DNA from: Macrostomum lignano
Lineage: Eukaryota
Assembly (NCBI GenBank): GCA_002269645.1
Contig: NIVC01003285.1
Coordinates: forward strand, 42,584-106,583
Direction of reading: 5' to 3'
DNA length: 64,000 nt
Positions 30,976-64,000 of this stretch are shown here, piece by piece. The stretch's first letter is position 1; the number at the start of each line of letters is the position of its first letter. A program made the translations under genes and the position numbers. Below the pieces are notes generated by a model. The model had not been told where the DNA came from, ran no database searches, and saw nothing but the letters and a program-made list of their open reading frames with translations.

Positions 30976-31599
30976 CGCCGCTTCCCCAACCCCTTATCAT
31001 TTAGCAGCGAGGTCAGTAGTACTCTAGCTTGTCTGTGTTCATCATACTTGCTATTATGTTTGATAGAATGTGAGTATGTAAATTTAAAATACTGTAGACT
31101 TTTGTTATAACAATATTAAATGATTCTAAACATTTTTGCGTTGGCTCTTGCTTGAGTAAACTGAATTGCAGAGAGTCTTAAGTTCAGCTTTCTGTCAATA
31201 TAAAAAGTTGGTTACTCAGTGGTCAGTCCTGGCCAAATACATGAGCGAATAGATAAAGCAATCACCTGTGGAGCCCCACCAACGGCAGTTGTCGCCATGG
31301 CTTCAGCCTATCAGCTATTCACTGTGGTATCACTAATCGAGCTGAAATACTTTGAACTCTCTGAAGATAATTTGATCATTAGCGCAATATAGAGTATTGC
31401 TATCCTACTCATTAGTAGAGCATGCGAGCTGTTGAATTATTATGATTTATTTTTATAAAGGTTATAAATTAGCCAAAATACAGAAGAACAATGCATTTAA
31501 ACAAATTCTCTAATTGATAGTGCGAACTGAGAAAATATCCTCCAGAACACAAACAAAGAAATGCCCCCGGGACAGTCTGTTAAAAAAGTCAAAGATAAA

Positions 31600-31850
31600 A
31601 AACTCTCTGGGAATCCCCCTTAAAATCCCCCAGGGAAATCCCCCCAGAAAATCTTCAGGGAATCCCTCAGAAAATTCCTTAGAAAGTCCCTCAGCAGATC
31701 CCTGTGGATATCTCTGGAGAATTCCCTAAGGAAATCCCCAGGAACTCCCCCAGGAAATCTACCAGGAATTCCCTAAGGAATTCCCTCGGAAATTGCCCAG
31801 GGACTCCCTCACGAAACCCCTCGTGGAATCCCCAAGGAAATCCCAAGAAG
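31600..31850. repeat. Low-complexity GGGAATCCC/GGAAATTCC-type repeats
   Basis: Imperfect short quasi-palindromic units. Confidence 0.6.
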
Positions 31851-32134
31851 TGGAGCAACAGAGGCTTCGGTTTTCTTGAATTAAAGAGTTAAGATATTGA
31901 AGAATTTCTTTTGCAAAACGAATTTTACCTTGTTCTTCAAAGTATTTCTCGTCTTTTTTGTTCAATTTTAAGATAGACAAATTTGGCACTATAATTGCTA
32001 CGTGGCAAAAACTTACAGGTAATTCATTTTTCCAATTGTGAAAGAATACTGACGCATGACAAAGCATTCGCTGCTAACCTTTAAGAGAACCTTTAATTTA
32101 TGCTTGCAAGCCATGCATAGAATTTCTACTGTGC

Positions 32135-32395
32135 TGTATGACCTTCCGGAAGCCAGCCTCTATGACCTTACGGGAGCCAGCCTCTATGACCTTCCGGAAG
32201 CCAGCCTCTATGACCTTACGGAAGCCAGCCTCTATGACCTTACGGGAGCCAGCCTCTATGACCTTCCGGAAGCCAGCCTCTATGACCTTACGGAAGCCAG
32301 CCTCTATGACCTTACGGGAGCCAGCCTCTATGACCTTCCGGAAGCCAGCCTCTATGACCTTACGGAAGCCAGCCTCTATGACCCTGCAGAAGCCA
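32135..32395. repeat. Minisatellite, 24 bp (CTTCCGGAAGCCAGCCTCTATGAC)
   Basis: About 10 copies. Confidence 0.92.
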
Positions 32396-32413
32396 GCATC
32401 TGTCAGAAACTGT

Positions 32414-34474
<2,061 letters not shown>

Positions 34475-35712
34475 CCTCTGAGCAGATGTTTGAGCTCTGC
34501 TACCAGTATCTGCCTATATGCCTTCAGCCCGGTCCTCGCCCTCGCCCTCGCCCTCGTTTGTTTCTGGGATTTTACCACCTCCGCTGTTTCCCCGGCATTC
34601 AGGTTGGCTTTGGTCTTTTTTCGCTCCACCGGAACAGCCTCCCCCCCCCTCAAAACCCTGCCCCACCTCCCCACTCAGTGTCAGAGGAATCTCTCAGCTC
34701 CCCCTCAGTCACTGAGCTGCGGGCTTCAAAGACGCACTCCATGCCTCACTATCCCAACCAAGTGGCTGAGCTGAGCCCTGGCTGTACAAATTCCATCGAG
34801 CTGCTGGTATTTATCTTCGCCTTTGAGTGAGACAGAGATAGAGTGATGAAGGATAATGGAGACTGCGGGAGGCTGGGCAGGCTGTGTCGGCGACGGAGGG
34901 AAGTCAAAGAGTAAAACAAAAGGCTTGGGGTGGAATTGGGATTCCGCTGAGGAGGGGGGAGACTGAGAGATGAAGAGGGAGAAGAGAGGCTGGATGGGGA
35001 AGGCGAGACTCTGCAAGCAGCCTAGTCAAAAGGAATCCGAAGGGATGATGGAGGGAGAGCATAGGCTGAGCAAAATCGAAGCCCAAACAGAACAGAACGA
35101 CTGTGAGAACGAAAATGATGACGGAGGAGAGACTGGAAGCTGCAGTTCATCTATTTTTTTCCTTCCATTTGTTGCATCCATCTCAATTACACCAGTTTCC
35201 ACACACAAATTCAATAAACTCATTGCCCTGTTTCATACAATTCTCGTCGGCATATTCCAACTGTGCTACTGTAAGTAAAAATATAGGAATTCGCGTTACG
35301 CATAGAATAAAATAAAATCGTTGCCCCCTATTAGCGAGAAAAGAAGAAATATCTGATTTTAATTTTTTTTTCAACTGCGCAAAACAATATCGGCCGCCCA
35401 CGCTCGGTGCGTAAAATGATGCGGTAAAAACACAATAAAATACAGTGTTGAAGATATGGCGTTTCGTTGCGCAGAATGACGAAGCGTGGAAGAAGATTTT
35501 TGGAAGAAGAAGACCTCACAGTTTTGCCTATAATCTTTCAACTCAATGGAGCATAAGTTCCGCTACATTAATTTTAATAATAATTAAACATGCTTACATA
35601 TCTGACAAAAACATCTTTGACAGGCGGTCTGACTTGTCTTATTTCTTTTCTTGTTGCCTTTTTGCTTTTGATTTGACAAGGAAAGCGAGATGGGCTCTTT
35701 ATATGCTTGTCA

Positions 35713-35769
35713 ATACACAGACACAGACACAGGCACAGGCACAGGCACAGGCACAGACACAGACACAGA

Positions 35770-35804
<35 letters not shown>

Positions 35805-36570
35805 ACACAGGCACAGGCACAGACACACGTACAGGCACAGACACAGACACAGACACAGACACAGGCACAGGTACAGACACAGACACAGACACAGACACAG
35901 ACACAGACACAGACACAGGCACAGGCACAGGCACAGACACAGGCACAGGCACAGGCACAGACACAGACACAGACACAGGCACAGGCACAGGCACAGGCAC
36001 AGACACAGACACAGACACAGGCACAGGCACAGGCACAGGCACAGACACAGACACAGGCACAGGCACAGACACACGTACAGGCACAGACACAGACACAGAC
36101 ACAGACACAGGCACAGGCACAGACACAGACACAGACACAGACACAGACACAGACACAGGCACAGGCACAGGCACAGGCACAGACACAGGCACAGGCACAG
36201 GCACAGACACAGACACAGGCACAGACACAGGCACAGACACAGGCACAGACACAGGCACAGGCACAGGCACAGGCACAGATACAGACACAGGCACAGACAC
36301 ACGTACAGGCACAGACACAGGCACAGACACAGACACAGGCACAGACACAGACACAGGCACAGACACAGGCACAGGCACAGGCACAGACACAGACACAGGC
36401 ACAGGCACAGGCATGGACACAGACACAGACACAGACACAGACACAGACACAGGCACAGGCACAGGCACAAACACAGGCACAGATACAGACACAGACACAG
36501 GCATAGACACAGACAGACACAGACGCAGACACAGGCACAGGCACAGGCACAGGCACAGACACAGAGAGGC
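35713..36570. repeat. Hexamer array (ACAGAC/ACAGGC)n
   Basis: Seen directly. Source of the poly-QT/QA, HR and TD/TG ORFs. Confidence 0.96.
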
Positions 36571-37773
36571 AGAGAGACTGATGAAAGACCTCTAACTGTC
36601 ACCTCACAAAAGGATTATGAGGGGATTAAAGGCACACGGCAGTTAGCTATGCCCCGCGGGGCCCAGGAGCAGCCATAGACTGGGTGCTGCTCTGCTCTCC
36701 ATTGTGTCCGGGGCAGAGCGGACACTCGCTGGCCTCACACCCTGCGACCTCCTGGCACGGGAAGTGGCTGGCACGGCCAGCCCCATACTTTTTTGGCAGA
36801 GCTGCAAGGTGCGACCACTGAGCAGGGCCGCTTCTCCAAGTGTCGGGATTCAATTTCTAAGAATCTCGCTCTCCATCTCTTAGAGACGCAGCCGGCTCCT
36901 CCATCGCCCACTCCAGCCTCCCAAGGAGTCGCCCTTTATCGGCCTCTCTTCTCTGATTGACAGGGGGCGGTGAGGGGAATAAAGTGGGCTACTAGATGAG
37001 AGGGGCTTTCGTTCCCAGAATCTCCAACGCCTGCCAGGCTCCCCACTGCGAGTTAAAAAATCCCCTCATCGGGATCTCGGTTTCGTGAAACGATTCGAAA
37101 TTCTGTTTACAATTAGCGAGGCCAAATCAAGATTATGGACAATTAAAAAGTTTTTTACAATCAATAGTAAATTTCGTTTACGAACATATAAAATATTTCC
37201 CCAAAAATTGTTGCCATAAACTAGAACTAATAAACTCATTTTTAAAAAATTGCGTTTGAAGCAAATTACGATGCTTTTCTCTGACCGATTGACTGACTGA
37301 CTGACTGACTTCTTCTATTAGCGGAGAAATCAGAGAGAGCGAGAGCCGCCATTTCCGGGTGTGCCGGTGTGCCTAGTTGCCGCCCAACCACCACCAGGGT
37401 GACGGCGGATTCTGAAATTGGAAGTTGGGAAGTTCGCACCTTTCCTGAAGTCCCCCAGCCCCCTCCCCCACCCCCACTTTGCCGGGACAGATTTAATAGA
37501 CGAACGAATCTGATTGGCTGGCCCGGGCAGCCAATGAGAGAGCTTCCCTGGCCTGCATAATAGTTATATAGATTTTTATCAGCGCTTTAAAAGAGAGCTG
37601 TGAAATTCCGGCAAGGGTTGCCATCTGCTGGTTAAAATGGTTTACCGATTCATGTTAGCGCATTCTTGACTCCTGCATGCTATGCCGGCAACATCTAATT
37701 AGGCATTTATTAATACGATAAATTAATTAATAATTTATTGCCGAATTGAACAAGCAGCACCAGCTTGCGAGTT

Positions 37774-61363
<23,590 letters not shown>

Positions 61364-61529
61364 AGACGTCACCGCGCATCCCGCCGCTGCCCGACATCAA
61401 CTCTTCCGCATTAAAAATTAAACTTCATGCACTGAATGCGAAACTGTCAATACGCTTGTACAAAAGAGACTTGGCTCAGGCTTCAGAATCTGGAGAGGGA
61501 ATTCGAGGAGAAGTCATTTTAAGTCGTTT

Positions 61530-62070
61530 TTAGGGCCAGTTCTCATGACATCTTAGGGCCAGTTCTCATGACATCTTAAGGCCGATTCTCATGACATCTT
61601 AGGGCCAGTTCTCATGACATCTTAGGACCGATTCTAATGACATCTTAGGGCCAGTTCTCATGACATCTTATGACCGATTCTCATGACATCTTAGGACCGA
61701 TTCTCATGACATCTTAGGGCCGATTCTCATGACATCTTAGGACCGATTCTAATGACATCTTAGGGCCGATTCTCATGAAATCTTAGGGTCAGTTCTCATG
61801 ACATCTTAGGGCCAGTTCTCATAACATCTTAGGGCCAGTTCTCATGACATCTTAGGGCCGATTCTCATGAAATCTTAGGGTCAGTTCTCATGACATCTTA
61901 GGGCCAGTTCTCATAACATCTTAGGGCCAGTTCTCATGACATCTTAGGGCCGATTCTCATGAAATCTTAGGGCCAGTTCTCATAACATCTTAGGGCCAGT
62001 TCTCATGAAATCTTAGGGCCAGTTCTCATGACATCTTAGGGCCAGTTCTCATGACATCTTAGGGACGATT
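61530..62070. repeat. Minisatellite, 23 bp (CTTAGGGCCAGTTCTCATGACAT)
   Basis: About 23 copies downstream of ANOS1. Confidence 0.95.
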
Positions 62071-62779
62071 CGAAAATGATTCATGTACTGTAAGGTATTC
62101 TCTAGGAAGCTGGCGAGCCTGGGCCAATCCATAAATCATATCTGATTTCTGATAAACACGCAACCAACCTTACAACCAACCACCCGGCATTTAGACTGGC
62201 AATAAAAACTGTCACGCCACCCCTTGAACAGGTGGATCATAATCCACATGTACAGCAATAATCAGCGAACTCGATCAGCCTACACCTGTATCCATGCCTA
62301 AACTACCATAGCCGCTATACTTCCGTTGGACATCTGTGATTTTATTTTCAAGTTTCGATGATGGAGGCGTCTGAAAATGTTTTTTTGGCACCCCACTTGG
62401 CTCAAATATCGTGCTCACAATCTAGCAGTGCTGTGTAACATTGACTTGACAAGTACATGTATGTTTTTGTTGTTTGACTGCGAATATGGCTAAGATGGAA
62501 AATAGTGATTCTTGCGATCCGTTGCTTATCCTCTCGTCACTCTATACAAACTCTAACTCTACATGCAGTTAGTGTACTGCACTATTTAATTAAAAATACT
62601 AAATATACGCTCGTACTATTAACTCCAAACAATGCACATTTTTTTCAATGCACCTACGTTTCTGCAACTTTGGCGTTACGAGCTAAAGCAATATGATTGC
62701 CAATGCGCGGTTTGATATTTGATTTATTGATTTGCCATGCGAGCATGTAGTAGGGTTAGCGCTGCTACACCAGCCTCAT

Positions 62780-63850
62780 CTTTGACGTATCCTCAAACTC
62801 GGCCTCATCTACCCCGAACTCGGCCTCACCTACCCCGAACTCGGCCTCACCTATCCCCTAATTCGGCCTCATCATCCCTCATCAATAAGCCTCATCAAAC
62901 TCCTTAATCAACCAGCCTTATCAACTTTCAGTCAGCTTCATAACCCTAAAAATCAGCCTCAGCACCTCTCAGAAACTCGGCACCCCTCATTAACCTTCAT
63001 AAATCAGCTTCATCAACCCATTTGTAGGTCAACCGTAAAAATCAGCCTCATCAATCAACCCTAAAAATCAGGGCTTCATCAGCCCAAACAATTAGCCTCA
63101 TTACCCCCTCCAAAAATCAGCCTCATCACCCCTGATAAATCAGCCTCATCACCCCTCATAAATCACCCTTATCAACTCTCCATATATCAGTCCCATCACC
63201 CCCCATACAGGCCTAATCAACCCTTCATAAATCAGCCTCATCAGCCCTATGACTCCTCATCAAACAGCCTCATGACCCCTCATAAATCAGCCTCATCACC
63301 CCTCCAAAAAATCAGCCTCATCACCGCTCATAAATCAGCCTCATTAGCCCTAATAAATCAGCCTGATCACCCCCTCATAAATCAGCCTCATCATCCCTCA
63401 TCAATCAGCCTCATCACCCCTCATCAATCAGCCTCATCACCCCTCATCAATCAGCCTCATCATCTCTCATCAATCAGCCTCATGACCCCTAATAAATCAG
63501 CTTCATCACCCCCTCCAAAAATCAGCCTCATCACCCCATCAAAAAATCAGCCTCATCACCCCTCATAAATCAGCCTCATCACCCCATCCAAAAATCAGCC
63601 TCATCACCCCTAATCAATCAGCCTCATCACCCCTCATAAATCAGCTTATCACCCCTCATAAATCAGCCTCATCACCCCTCATCAATCAGCCTCATCACCC
63701 CTCATAAATCAGCCTTATCACCCCTCATCAATCAGCCTCATCACCCCTCATCAATCAGCCTCATCACCCCTCATAAATCAGCCTTATCACCCCTCATAAA
63801 TCAGCCTTATCACCCCTCATAAATCAGCCTTATCGCCCGTCCAAAAATCA
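62780..63850. repeat. Degenerate ~23-bp repeat (AATCAGCCTCATCACCCCTCAT)
   Basis: Seen directly. Confidence 0.9.
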
Positions 63851-64000
63851 GCGTCAAAAACAGAGGCATAAAAATAACTAAGGAACAAGACAAAAGTGCT
63901 CAGCCAAGCGCCAATTTCAATCCACTCAGGGAATTCAAACAGGCCCGGGAAAATTCAGTGAAAAATTTCCCACGTGAAACAAGTTGCACTGAATCATAGC

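Noticed and set aside
35445-36678. Poly-QA/QT, poly-HR and poly-TG/TD proteins
   Set aside because: Hexanucleotide microsatellite open in all six frames.

Overview
Eukaryotic (metazoan) genomic DNA, not prokaryotic. It has spliceosomal GT-AG genes with GC-rich exons, and almost every intron holds its own minisatellite array. This pattern suggests a flatworm such as Macrostomum, which is an inference and not a database match. From left to right: (1) a decayed piggyBac transposase gene split by an apparently intact 2,970-bp Chapaev/Transib-like (RAG1-core-like) DNA transposon with 122-bp TIRs, a 4-bp TSD and a 686-aa ORF; (2) a two-exon secreted prohormone-like gene with repeated ...DG-RRKR units; (3) an 8-exon ICA69/ICA1 gene (-); (4) single-exon TSEN54 (-); (5) an AT-rich, CpG-depleted block with an RPA1-like OB-fold pseudogene; (6) a truncated SPFH-only flotillin paralog followed by a full-length flotillin-1 whose second intron is bounded by a 15-bp direct repeat; (7) possible orphan minus-strand exons; (8) a 12-exon anosmin-1/KAL-1 homolog (+) with a GPI-signal-like tail. 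Three small hAT-like MITEs and about 30 tandem-repeat arrays are also present. Most long ORFs in the supplied track after 7 kb are translations of these repeats. All family assignments come from motif recognition by eye; no searches were run.
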